The notes: generated by a model not told the origin, from the sequence alone. A stretch of DNA of 64,000 nucleotides from Octopus bimaculoides (GCF_001194135.2 NC_068982.1:32219855-32283854), one strand, 5' to 3'. Positions 37,077 to 50,306 are shown, counted from the first letter of the stretch. A program made the numbers and translations.

Positions 37077-39125
37077 GCACACACAAACACACACACACAC
37101 ATACATTCATATACATATATAACTTAGTATATTGGGAGAAGAGACCAGGCTTAAAGAAAATAAGTACTAGCTTTGATCAGTTTGACTAAGACTTCTTCAA
37201 GGTGATGTCCTAGCATGGCCTCACTCTAATGAGTAAAACAAGTAAAAGATAGATGATAAAAGATTTATGCTTGACGGACTGAACCAGTGCGTGTGTTTAT
37301 TACCGGCATAATGCCTCTCCTAAGGTTTAATTGTATAGCCAGATAGGTTCACACACAAAATATGCCAGTCACCATGCTGTACATCATAGCAGAATAACTT
37401 ATCACTTTTATTGCAACAGTGTGTTCAGCACACTTGGCTCATTGCCACACAGGATTCAGGGACATGTGTCCCACCAGCCTGAAATAGCCTGGCCTTTGAG
37501 CCTAAACTAAGCCAATGGCTTTGTTTATACTTTCAGCAACAACATATTGAAACACTGAAATTCCAGAATCCTGCCCAATAACAAACTGTGGCTAAGTTGT
37601 AATATCATCTTCTATTGTATAGTCAATTACATTGACTTTGGTACTTATTTTATCATTGTTGCATATTTTATAGAACTCAGAAAAATAAGAAACTAAATTG
37701 AGCTGAACAAGTGTTCAGCCCTGTATTTAAACGAATATATTCTGCAATTCACTTGCTATAGTATTCAAATTTACATTTTCCTTTTCTATATATTTGTGCT
37801 TGTTGAATAAGCAATGAATGCCATTATTATTGCATGTTATAAAAGAATATTGGATTGACAGAACCATTTAAAGACCCAATAAAATGGTTTTTATTATAGC
37901 TCTTCACCTTTGAGTTCAAATTTCATGTAGAAGTAAACCTTACTTTTTGTTCTTCCCAGAGTAACAAAACAAAATAACCAATTAAGTACTGTGTTTACTT
38001 ATACTTGTGGTGGCATTCAACCAGGGTGAGTTGAGCTGGCTCCCGTTGCTTGGAGTTTCAGTGGTAATACATGTTCACATGTGATCCCTGGTCACATGCA
38101 TTCACAGTTTGGGATCGTGTGATCCATAGCAGTTCTTCACATCCATTGTTGACCCTCACAGATGATTCACAGACCAAATCACTGCCAATAATTGGAGCAG
38201 ATATAGTCTGGGTTTAAAGCAGGTTCTAGAGACATGCTCTAACAAAAGCTAAGGGATGGCCACTCGCACTTGTCTTCCAGCACATTGGACACCAATCCAG
38301 AATTTATGAGAACATATGCGCTAGATAGTTGCTGAACCTACGCTAGGTTCATCTGTCCTTCTGTCAAGTCTTGTTTTTAGTCCTGCTTTGTTTCTAGCAA
38401 CCTTCCTCCCAGGCAAGCCTAGTAGCTTTGTCATTTTAGTTATCAGTGATCCAACAGTTGCTGATAACTAAACAATTAAGTACTGTTGCTGATTTACTTG
38501 ACTATAATCCTTTACAGAATTTGAGGCTCTATGTCTATGCCAGAAATCAAGAGAGAGATGTTTATATGTCACAGTACTGATAATTTAGTTGACCTTACCA
38601 TTTCTTCAAAATTTGTAGCCTTGTATTTATATCATAAATTATCATTATATATATAAGGGTGGTTGATAGAAAGAATTATGTGGTATATAGTTACAGCTCT
38701 TTACAATCTGAGTTCAAATCTTATCAAAATCACCTTTCTCTGTCACCAAACCAGTCAAGGAGTTTGAAACTTCCACATGAAGTCAAGGAGACAGTAGACA
38801 CACACACACACACACACACACTCACTTATACATGCATATGTATACAATGAGTTTCTTTCAGCTTTCCATTAACAGATCTACTCACAAGACTTTAGAGTTG
38901 AAGACCCTTGCCAAAGGTGCCACACATTGGAACTGAACTCAAGACCATGTTGGTGGTAAACAAACCCTTTGTCACACATCCACACCTACACCTAAGTGTT
39001 TATTGTTAAATAGGAATGAATGAATCTAGTTTGAATTCAATGACTTTTAAAATAATTTATCAGGGAACTATGCTTCAAATCTGACAAATTTATAAGAATT
39101 CATGAAAGAGAATTCTAGTCCTTAC

Positions 39126-39158
39126 TCAAAGATAATGCTACCACGATAAAGATTATTA
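39126..39158 (-). CDS. Candidate 33-nt exon (NNLYRGSIIF, or IIFIVVALSL in the other frame)
   Basis: Acceptor tattcttcacccatttcag, donor gtaagg; holds the only CpG in 39001-39480. Confidence 0.35.
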
Positions 39159-41407
39159 CTGAAATGGGTGAAGAATATTGTGTATAGGTAATCAACAGGA
39201 AGCAACCTCACTTGATAAGTAGAATGGGAATAGGTTGAAATAAATTGAATATTTTACACTTTGAGCAAGCAAACTATCAAAAAAAAAATTAACCAATGAT
39301 TCAATGGAGTATATGGATGGATTGACAGTAAATTAAATTTAGACATGCCAAATATTCTGAAGTTGTTATACAATGCAAGGGAAGACTGAAAAATGTATAG
39401 GAAGTAATGAGGTCACATCCTACCTTGCTGGGCTTCACATATAAGATGAGGCAGGTAGAGATGAGTAGCAATATGCTGTATGACAGACCTGACTAACTAG
39501 AAGAATGGGCACCAAAAATAAGGAAGAAGAGAGGGTGAAGAAGGGAGGTGGATGATGATGACAATGAGGTTGACAATGATGATAATGATAGTTTTGGTGG
39601 TGGTGGCTGTAATGCTACTGAGAGGAATATCATTATATTATATAAGGTATCTTATATAATTTAAGATGAAAATAAACCTATTAAACTTTCTGATGTAATA
39701 ATCTATGTAAGAAACTAACTTTTCAGATGACATGTAAAACATGAAATTTTGTTATTAGCAGATTTCAAACTTAATTTTATATCTTTTTTGTTTTGTTTTG
39801 TTTTCTTCTGTGTTTTTTTTTTGTTTTTTTTCCCACAATGCCTGAAGTTATAAATTTTAAATTGTTTCTTGTTCTGATTTTATTTTTACACTCGAAAGTA
39901 ATCATAGATTTAATTAAATCATTCCTATCACATTCATGATTTTATTTTCTTTCAATTTCGAAATCAAACAACACACATTGATTTGCTAATGCTTAAAACA
40001 GCACATTTCAAGAATCATTGAAAATGCCATATTTAATCTACATTTTCTAGATCTCCAAGTTCCAATATTTCTTCTGATAGTATGCAACAGAGAACAATGA
40101 AAGGAAATGTTTTAAAAAAAATATCTAAGACATTAGAATTGGTTGGCAACCAAATTGGTAGATTTTAAGAGATTTATAAAAGTGGATGAAAGACTTTGGA
40201 ACAATAGCAATAAAATGAATAGCAGTAATATAACACCACAAACTACATTTAAGCCTTCATTATTTAACTGTCAATATTGTGAAAGAGAAAAATATACATA
40301 TCTACATATGTAAACTTTCCTTTTCTTCTTAACTTGAAAACATTACAACTCAGAAATCTTCAGTTAAATATGGAACATGATAGCAACTCTTTCACTTTAC
40401 AACTTTACAGGAAATAATTTTTATTGATCTTCAAAGTGTAGTTTGAATAACAGAAAGACTAGCACATTAGGTGATGAAATTTTTATTGTGATATTATCCA
40501 TGGAGAGTAAAACAGTAATATTTGAAAAAAATGCTCATGAATCCAAACTATTGACAATCAATTTTCCATACGAATACTATTACTACTGTTACTACTACAA
40601 CTTTTTTTTGATCTTTAGTAATATGACAACATAGCATTGTTTAAAAAAAAAGCCACAGATTCTGATAAATGATATAAAGTATCAACAGTAGGTCAGACAC
40701 CAGGTTGCTCAGAAGGCAAATGCTGGTTTCCTATGATTAAAGAATCAAAGTTCCTTCCTGAACCATAGGCTCTTGAGGGTGGTTTCCTTCATTCTCTGGC
40801 ATATATATACCCCACCCACACTCTGGACAGGACACAGCAATGTGAAATGAAGTGTTTCACTCAAGAACACAATGCATTGCCCAGTCCAGGAATTGAAACC
40901 ATAGTCTTATGATCATGAGTGCAACACCCCTAACCACTTAGCTATACACCTCTCCTGTTTCTCTTGATGGTTTGGTTTAAATATTAGCTGATTGATGATA
41001 GGTTATGACACATGTTATTGGGTGTATTTAAAATTATAAAGCTAATTGGTTTTCTTAATAATATTTGGCATATTTTGTTACAAAGTCGTAATTAATATGT
41101 ATAAGAACTTTCTTTAATTATTTCATGCTAGAAATGTGAATAAAAACCAAGTCATATTGGATTCAAATTTTGGCCTTGTGCCAAAATTTGAGCACAAGTC
41201 TCAGAGTGCTCAACTGGTACCTAATTTTATCGACCCCAAAAGGATGAAAGGCAAAGTCAACCTTGGTGGAATTTCGATTCAGAACATGATATGCTGCTAA
41301 GTATTTCGCTTGGTGTGCTAACAATTCTGCCAGCTCACCACCTTAAAAGCAAGAGATATTAACCAAGATGAAGGCAACAAGATGGCAGAATCATTAACAT
41401 AATAATA

Positions 41408-41810
41408 GGCGCAGGAGTGGCTGTGTGGTAAGTAGCTTGCTTACCAACCACATGGTTCCGGGTTCAGTCTCACTGCGTGGCACTTTCGGCAAGTGTCTTC
41501 TACTATAGCCTCGGGCCGACCAAAGCCTTGTGAGTGGATTTGGTAGATGGAAACTGAAAGAAGCCCATCGTATACATGTATATGTATATACATGTGTGTA
41601 CATGTTTGTGTGTATGTGTTTGTCCCCCCAAAATCGCTTGACAACCAATGCTGGTGTGTTTGTGTCCCCGTAGCTTAGCGGCTTGGCAAAAGAGACCGAT
41701 AGAATAAGTACTAGGCTTACAAAGAATAAGTCCTGGGGTTGATTTGTTAGACTAAAGGTGGTGCTCCAGCATGGCTGCAGTCAAATGACTGAAACAAAAA
41801 AAAAGAATAA
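41408..41810 (+). mobile_element. SINE family A, well-preserved copy
   Basis: GGCGCAGGAGTGGCTGTGTGGTAAG (A-box-like) ... GGTTCAGTCTC (B-box-like), internal microsatellite, family tail. Confidence 0.85.
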
Positions 41811-42059
41811 ACTAGGTTTTTCATAAACTGATTGAAATCAACAAAATATGTCCTATATCTTCTTTATCAATTTCATCAACCCAGTGCTTGGCTGTTACTG
41901 ATTTTATCAATCCCGTAAGAATGAAAGGCAAAGTTGATCCCAGCAGCATTTGAACTCAGAACCTAAAGAGAGAGGAAATTATGCTAAGTATTTTTCCCCA
42001 GCATGCTAATAATTCTGCCATTTCACTGACTTACTGAGTATTAAACAATTGTATATATA

Positions 42060-42222
42060 GGCACAGGAGTGGCTGCGTGGTAAGAAGCTTGCTTACCAAC
42101 CACATGGTTCCAGGTTCAGTCCCACTGCATGACACCTTGGGCAAGTATTTTCTGCTATAGCCTCAGGCCAATCAAAGCCTTGTGAGTGGATTCAGTAGAT
42201 GGAAACTGAAAAAAGCCCATCG

Positions 42223-42254
<32 letters not shown>

Positions 42255-42432
42255 CTTTGACAATCAATGTTAGTGTGTTTACATACCTGTAACTTAGCAG
42301 TTCGGCAAAAGATACTGATAGAATAAGTACTAGGCTTACAAAGAATAAGTCCTGGGTCGATTTGTTTGATTAAGGTGATGCTCCAGCATGGCTGCAGTCA
42401 AATGACTGAAACAAGTAAAAGAGTGAAAGAGT
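42060..42432 (+). mobile_element. SINE family A copy
   Basis: Same head and tail as 41408. Confidence 0.85.
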
Positions 42433-42792
42433 CAAAGGCAGTGATCTGGTAGAACCATCAGTACACCAGGCAAAATGTTTAGCAATATTTCATCCAACTT
42501 AACGTCCTGAGTTCAAATTCTGGCAAGGTCAGCTTTGCCTTTCATCCTTTCATGATTGATAAAATAATAAGTACCAGCTGAACACTGGGATTGATGTAAT
42601 TGACTTAACTACACCCCTGAACTTGTTGGCCTTGTGCCAAACTTTGAAACCAATATTCAAAATTGTATGGGAAACTAGCACCATCAAATAAGAGTCTAGT
42701 TTTATTTTCAACGGAAATGTTCATATTAGTGTATCAAAAGATAATGGTTCAAAAAGTGAATGCATTGGAAATGTAGAATATGCTTGCTTAAC

Positions 42793-42855
42793 CTTATTAT
42801 TGAAATGCTTTTCCTGGTCCGTTTCTTTCTATTTTTTCCCAGTGTTTTGACAATT
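42793..42855 (-). CDS. Candidate 63-nt exon (IVKTLGKNRKKRTRKSISII)
   Basis: ctaac branch-like motif then tttaaaaag acceptor, donor AAG|gttaag, open phase 2 to 2, compatible with 39126-39158. Confidence 0.25.
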
Positions 42856-44185
42856 CTTTTTAAAGTTAGACAACCACATAAAAACAAAAAGCTTCAGGAA
42901 TATATATAACCATAACCTACATTTGCAAAAATGTATTGAATCAAACACAGGTTTCTCTTTGCTTAAAGCTGCTGTTTTTTTGTTTGTTTTTTTTTTTAAG
43001 TCTATCTCACATTCCTTTCAAATCTTACTCTACAAAACCGACATTAATTTTTGGGTATCTTTAAAATATTGTGCATCCATGGCTGAGTTTTTAAGAAATT
43101 CACCTTATAATCAATGTGGTTTTAAGTTCAGTCCCACTGTGTGGCACCTTGGACATGTGTCTTCTATTATAGCCCCAGGCCAGCCAAAGCCTCAAGAGAA
43201 GATTTGCTAGTTGGGGACTAGAAGAAATCCTTTGTATATGCTTATATGAGTGTGTATCTTTGTATGTGTATGTGTGTGTGGTGTGTGTGTGGTGTATGTA
43301 TGTGTGTGTATGTGCATATATAGCTATGCAAATGAATTTGTATTACCTTGTCTATACCTGTCCTTTCACTGTGTGTAAACAAAAGGTTTGTTAATCCCCC
43401 CACATAAATCATATCCATGCTGCTTGTTGTTTGAAAGATTGAGAGATTATTACCCCATTTAGCAACAAGTGTGGGTTGGCAACAAGTAGGGTATTAGACA
43501 GTTAAAATCTCTTCCCCAACATATTCTTATTTAACCTATGTAACATGGAAGAAGTAGATATTAAAATGATGGTGATGTCAAAACAACAACCATTGTGGAA
43601 ATGAATTTAGAAAGTTTAACACTGAATTATTTTCCAAAAATAATTCCCCTTTAGAACCAGGATTTCAACAGCAAAGCAATTTAGAAAACTCACTGATTCA
43701 ATGTTTATACTGAACATACACAAAAATGTTGATGAAAATTATTAAATTTTCTTTTGCTGTTCACAACAATGTTATTCACTTCAATTATATGTATTGTTAC
43801 AACTAATTCACTGTTAGGAATTAATTACATTGCCAATATTATTGTTGCCATTGTTATTTTTCCCTTTTAATTAAGTGTCCATTATGTGCAGCCGTAGTTA
43901 AAATAATTTGATTTATTAAGGTAAATGTTACACCAATTATTTAATTAATAAAATAAGTGTAAAGCTACTTTATTAAACTGCAGGTTAATAAGCTTTATAC
44001 AAGGTATATATAAAAGTCAGTTAGATCTTAATTAGCAGCTTCAACATCAACTCATCTGATTATGACAGAAAAGTTTATATGAACAAAACCACCAAGTATT
44101 TGTATGATCATTCCCATTGCTCTGATTTCTGTGTGATAATAGGCTTAAGTTATACAAAACTTACAACATTTAGAATAGGCATATA

Positions 44186-45471
44186 TCAGGTCATCCCATA
44201 AGTTCTGTCCGAATTTTGAATAAAGAAAACAAGTGATCAAATATTATATTTAACTGAAATTTACTCATCAATGTACTGTCCCTGATTATTTATGACTTCC
44301 TTCCATCTATTTACAAGCTTTTTAATCCCATCAATGTAAAACTCTTTTGGTTTCAAAGCGAAGAACTCTGAAATGTCAGTTTCAACCTCTTCCTTGCTTG
44401 TGAAAATTATGTCCCCCAAATGATTCTGTAAACTATGAAAACATAGTAGTTTGAAGGAGCAAGGTCAGGAGAATAAGGTGGAAGAGGAATTTTTTCCCAA
44501 CCAAGCTCTTCGATCTTCTGTGATATGATTTTTGCAGTGTAGGGTCGTGTATTGCCTGATGAAACATCACTCCTTTTCAATTCACTAAAGCGGCTCATTT
44601 TTTCTTCAAAGCTTGGATCAAATGCTCTAATTGCTGACAGTAGACTTGAGCATTGATTATTGCATTAGGTGGTAACAATGCAAAGTGAATTACTCATTTG
44701 CAATCCCACCAGATAGAGAGAAGAACCTTTTTCCCATGAAGTTCCCTTCTCGGTTGTGGTTGAGCTTTTTCCCTTTTACCAAGCCACTGCATATGACATT
44801 TAACATTTTGATAGAAGATCCATTTTTCATGACCAGTCACAAGTCTATCCAAAAAGGGTGACATAAGTTTGCAAGAATGGAGAGAAGAGCAGATGTCAAC
44901 TCGGGATTTGCGGTTGCTTTTGGACAATTCATGAGACACCGATTTCCCAAGTTTAGGAACCTTTCCAAGTTGCTGAAGATGACAATTAACAGTTGTATGG
45001 TTTGAACTAAGCTTTATTACCAATTCTTCAAAAGATAATGCAGGATTTTCTTCAAGTAATGCCTCAAGGAGCTTATCATCAAACTCAACTGGACGTCCTG
45101 TTTGATCTTCATCTTCAAGGCTGATATCTCCACCTCTGAATTTTGCAAACCATCTTCTGCAAGTTCTTTCATTCAAGCATTATTTCCCATAAACTGTGTA
45201 TATGTTTCGAGTCACTTTGGCTGCAGAGTTTCCTTTTTTGTCCTCATAAAGCATTATGTGTCTTAAATGCTCTTTGGATACTTTCATGTTAGAAAGGGTT
45301 TTAATCAAAGAAATTTTAATTCTATTATTCTGTAAAATAACATTTAATTAGTTTAAATGTATACAAATGCATAAAAATAATTTCTAATTCCATTAGACAT
45401 TCTAGAATTCTATTAAATTTCATTCAATTTTAAAAAAGGTAAAATCGGACAGAACTTATGGACTGACCTGA
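44186..45471 (-). mobile_element. Full-length (1286 bp) mariner DD34D transposon with inactivated transposase (44261-45287)
   Basis: TA|TCAGGTCATCCCATAAGTTCTGTCCG ... CGGACAGAACTTATGGACTGACCTGA|TA; MKVSKEHLRHIMLYE.., SVSHEL (WVPHEL), TGHEKW (TGDEKW), YSPDLAPSNY (YSPDLAPSDY); stops and frameshifts. Confidence 0.92.
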
Positions 45472-46939
45472 TAAAACAGGAAATATTTATCTGTTATTAT
45501 AGTTAAAACATGATGGGCAGCAAACTGGTAAAACTGTAAGCACGTTGGATGAAATGCTTAGCAGCATTTTTTCTAGTCCTTTATGTTCTGTGTTCATATT
45601 CCACTGAGGTTGAATTTGCTGTCATCCTTTTGGGATTGATAGAATAAGTTCCAGTAAAGTACTGGGGTTCATGTAATTGATTTGCCTCTTCTCTCAAAAT
45701 TGTTGATCTTGTGTTAAAATTAGGATTGTAGTTAAACGATGTAAAAGAGCTCCTTTAGTTGTGAATGACCATTGGATTGCACCTAGAATTTTCCTCTCCA
45801 AGGCACAAGTCCGAGTAAGGTTGTTTATGGTAGGCCAGCAATTGCCTATGCATACCAACCTTCTATCTATACATCACCGATGTTATTGAAGAGAAAGGCA
45901 AAGGCCAATACAGCTTGGTATCAGTGAACTGATGTAACAGGAAATTAAGTCTTGCTTAAGAGTATAACACACAGCCTGGTCCAGAAATCGAACTCACTAC
46001 CTCATGATTGTGAGCCTGATACCATAACCACTGAGCCATGTGCCTTCACAAAAACGATGTATCAAAGAACAAAAAAACATGTTATTCAAAAGACACCTTT
46101 TGTTGATTAGCTGGAAATGGAAAAGGTACCAAAAAGGAACTATGAGCTAAAGTTATTGAGCCAAGTATTCTTTATAGTACTGTAAGTTTTTGTCAGAGAC
46201 AGTTTTACTCATTTGGAAAAGAGAAGATATTATGCATCACACTTACAAGAAGGTGTATTATAAAGGTTTACATGCATCATTGAAGATTCTACTCCAGCTG
46301 TTTGGATCAGGTCATAATAGCAAATCTCTTTATCAGCAAGTTCTATTCTGCACTTTACATCTCATTTACAAAGCTGTTTGCAATGAAATAAACTAATTCT
46401 TGATCTATTTCAATGCATAATTCCATTATCAAACTTAGTTCTTAAACTTATTAACGCAATATTCACCTTCACTTCTGCAGAACATTTTCTTCCTGTTTAT
46501 ACCTTTGTTATCACATGCTATGTAGCACATGTTACATTTTCAACCTAGTTTCATCAACATTAAACCCACCTAACATTGTTTAAAGGTAGAAAAAAATCTC
46601 TGAGATAGAAGAAATTAAAGATAAACTGCAAGTTTAAAAATAAATAGTTGCAAAAAAAAATTAAGATAAACAGAAAATTATATCAGAATATTTTTATCAT
46701 ATCTTTCCATTGTCTTTGTTCTAGATGTGCAAATTTCATAGACTAAAAGAAGCAACATGCTAAAAAGAAAAAAAAAAGGACAGCAAATTTTATATATCCC
46801 TACTGAGCCATACATATTATCTGTAACAATTTAGTTTTTGCATTTTTTTATTACATCATAAATGTTGTCTGGTGGTAGAACTTACATTCATGCAAGTTTT
46901 ACATTTTAGAGTTTACTATTTAGATTTCAGTACATATGC

Positions 46940-46973
<34 letters not shown>

Positions 46974-47531
46974 AACAGAGACAGACAGACAGACACACAC
47001 ACACACACACACTTAAGATATCATTTATGAGTTGAACATGACTCTTACTGTGACCTATCAGTGATACAGCAATTTTTCTCTTGCAAGTCCTGTTTATTGG
47101 AAATTTTTTCCTTTCACAACTTATTTTTTCAGTACTTCTATGTGAAGTCTTATTCGGAAATGTTACCTTTGAGTACTAAGAAAGCTGTTGATTTGATAGG
47201 TGATATATCTCCATTTGTTTTATTTAACCAGATCAGCAAATATTATATTTGATTAAGAATCCTCTACATTCAGAAATTGAGTTTTTCCCCTAGATAATGT
47301 TGTTTTCTTTCTACTTTACAGTGCTATCATAGCTTTATGATTCTTCAAAGTGGTGACATCAACAAGTCATGAGAGTTTTCACACAAGTAGAAAGCTCTCA
47401 AACAAATCTACTAAAAATTCGACAAAGGAGAAAAGAGAATTGAACAACTGCAATAGTGTTTTCTGCAATCAGTTTCTCTCTAACTTTCCCCAGAGTCTTC
47501 TTTTCCTTCAATGTGTGTGTGTGTGTATGTG

Positions 47532-47829
47532 TAATCCGAATAAGAAGACAAAGAAAGAGCTTAGCACATCTTTGATGACTAGTTACAATTGTTTTTAATA
47601 CCATTGTATGCAAATTTTCAGTGCAGAAAGTTATGTAAGTATTTGCAGCTTCAAACGTTAGAGCAGCACTCATTCAGCCTTGCATCAAAGGTGCACTCTT
47701 GCCTTGTGCATCTGCAAAGCATTGCATTTTGCAATGCACAATGTAAGAGCTTGCCTTGTGGTACAGAAACATTTGTAACTGGTCATTAAAGACTTGCCAA
47801 ACTCTATCATTGTCTTCTTATTCGGATTA
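47532..47829. mobile_element. TA-flanked MITE with about 72-bp imperfect TIRs
   Basis: TAATCCGAATAAGAAGACAA...TTGTCTTCTTATTCGGATTA; similarity continues to about 72 bp. Confidence 0.8.
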
Positions 47830-48599
47830 TATTTTACTCTTTGCTAAATCCACACACTGGTTTTACCAATGTGACACTCGGATTTGCAACTCAAGTAGAA
47901 TTTCGATCTTACTTGAGACTACAATTGAAGAGTGGATATAGCCTCAAGCTTAGGTGGAGTGCGACATTCGAAATACCCCCCACCTTCCTATTCTTCCGGG
48001 ATCTTTATATGCATACATACAGACAGGCATGCATGCATACATACATACATACATACATACATACATGAAGTCATCAAGCAAGTCTCATATGACAAAAGGA
48101 GTGCACTCAATATAACAAATATAGTGTGTATAATTTTAGAAGCATAGAACAGGCACCTCATAGTTTTAGAAGTTTCAAAATCATTCAAGGGCACATAAGT
48201 ATGGATGGTTTGTACACCTTATGATGACTCAACGTATGAAATGCATTTTTTTTTTCTACAAAACTATATAGGCTGATGATAAAAATCCCATGGCCAAAAA
48301 CGAAGTTAAGAAATCTGACATAGCAGGAAAAGTATGATTTAACTGTATCCACGAAATAATTTGCCCATATAATTATCTACATCAACACTTCACCACATCA
48401 TAAGATAAAAAAAAAAAAGTGAAGAATGTTGAAATGTGATGCTCAAATATGACCATCAACAAATCCATTGTAGACAATTAGAATATGGATTTAAATAATT
48501 TATTCCTAAGCTGAATTCGCATGAAACATTAAAAGCTTTGTGTGTTAAAGAAAAAAAAACGTGTGCTTGAATTACCCATCGCTTGTAATATACTGTTCC

Positions 48600-49500
48600 T
48601 GTCACGTGATCATACTGACATGATTGGCTGAAACGTAACCTAAGTATATATTTTATGTCGATGTAGAGAACTGTTTCTTTCTCCCAGACGAAATTACTTC
48701 CCCGAAAGGTAAGACTTGTTCTTTCTCGTGTTCAACTAATTTATTCCACTTTGAACTTCTTATGCTTACTAATTGCCCAACGTAGAGCAGCATCAGTTTC
48801 CTCTATCTTACCATTTATAAAACCATATTGATTTGATTTCATTCTAAACTGAAATAAAGATGTTCTTATTCACGTAGCTTTATTAGAAAAAATGTATAAA
48901 TGTCCATGTCTCTGCATACAATTACAGCTATCGTATACCTATGAATTTACTTAGAAGATACAACAGAGCCGGTTTATTGAACAGTGAGATTCATAGATAT
49001 AGATCTCATCTTTCAATCGATTACAAACGAAATTAATGGCTATTTTCCAATACCATTTGGTCGGTAGGAAAATAAAGGAAAATGGCTGTATCTCATAAAA
49101 TATTTAAATTTCTGCGAATTATCATTGAATCGAACAGAGGCAGTCATTTTAACAACTTTGCTTACAGTGTGTTTGCTTCAAGATGAAATAGCTCACCTCT
49201 GCAACATTGCCAATGTTGTAAGCCATGCGATCATTTCCATTATCCATAGCGTCTGAATCAAACCTAATGTCGCAACAAATCTTTTTCTCTTACACCACTC
49301 ATCGTTAACAGGGGCAGAGAAAGTTATTACCGGCAGCTAAGTTAACTTTTGTGTGTGGTTTGGTAGACCATGTTATAATTGTAGAATAAAATCATTGATG
49401 AGAGCAAAGGTGTTTCAAACGTAATCTCGTTCTCAAATCTTAAAACTCGCATTTTCTTTTCTTTTTTATGCGGAAATACGGTTTATTTGGTTTTAATTTG
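48600..49500. promoter_or_regulatory. Candidate CpG-retaining promoter region
   Basis: 13 CpG in 48601-49080 versus 1 in 46201-46680 (hand count); E-box GTCACGTGAT at 48601, ATTGG at 48623, GCGGAAAT near 49470. Confidence 0.5.
49197..49247 (-). CDS. Candidate first coding exon of unidentified host gene (MDNGNDRMAYNIGNVAE)
   Basis: ATG preceded by an in-frame TAA, donor GAG|gtgagc, located at the CpG boundary. Confidence 0.5.
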
Positions 49501-50306
49501 ATAGTCGACATCAGGTTATAAACTCGGATCAAGACAGTGTTGCTGGCTTGTCTTCCATTGACCTCTACATCTAATAATGTACTTAAATAAGATACAGATT
49601 TGCATTCACGTGTTAATTTTTCTTTCTGTCTTCTGTAATTGTATTTTGGATTTCTATATAGCTCGTTTTACCCACCCAAATCGATTAAGACAGTATTACC
49701 ATCTCATCACATTAGTACTGCCGTATCATATACTGGCTCGTATAATTGCGAGTTATATTGATTACTTAACAACAAAACTAATGATATATATTATGAAAGC
49801 AATACTAATGTCACCTTTGGGTATATTATCGGAATTTCTGTTCAAGTTGTTGCTTCATTTACATTTTTAATTCAATTATTTCATAGCATTTAGCAACATA
49901 TAATGAGAAAATCCATATTTATAATTTGCGCTAATTCACGGTTCCATATGTGTGTGTGTGTGTGTGTGTGTGTGTTTCCATTTCTTCCTCCTCTTGATTT
50001 CACTTCTTTGAAATGTTGATTTTATTAATTTGTGTAGTATCTTGAAACTTGAAATGCAAAGCTATCATCAGATATAACTGAAATAAAAATAATAATCCTT
50101 TCTGCTAATAGGCACAAGGCTTGATATTTTGAGGAGGAGACCAGTCGATTACAGCGATCCCAGTACTTGATTGGTACTTGAATAATCAACTATAAAATGA
50201 TGAAAAGCAAAGTCAACCTAGGTGGAATTTGAACTCAGAACATACAGATGGGCGAAATACTGTTAAATACTTCGCCCGGCATGCTAATGATTCTGGCCGC
50301 TCACAT

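Noticed and set aside
41408-41480. tRNA genes
   Set aside because: These are tRNA-like SINE heads without a complete cloverleaf, continuing into SINE bodies; no true tRNA or rRNA was seen.
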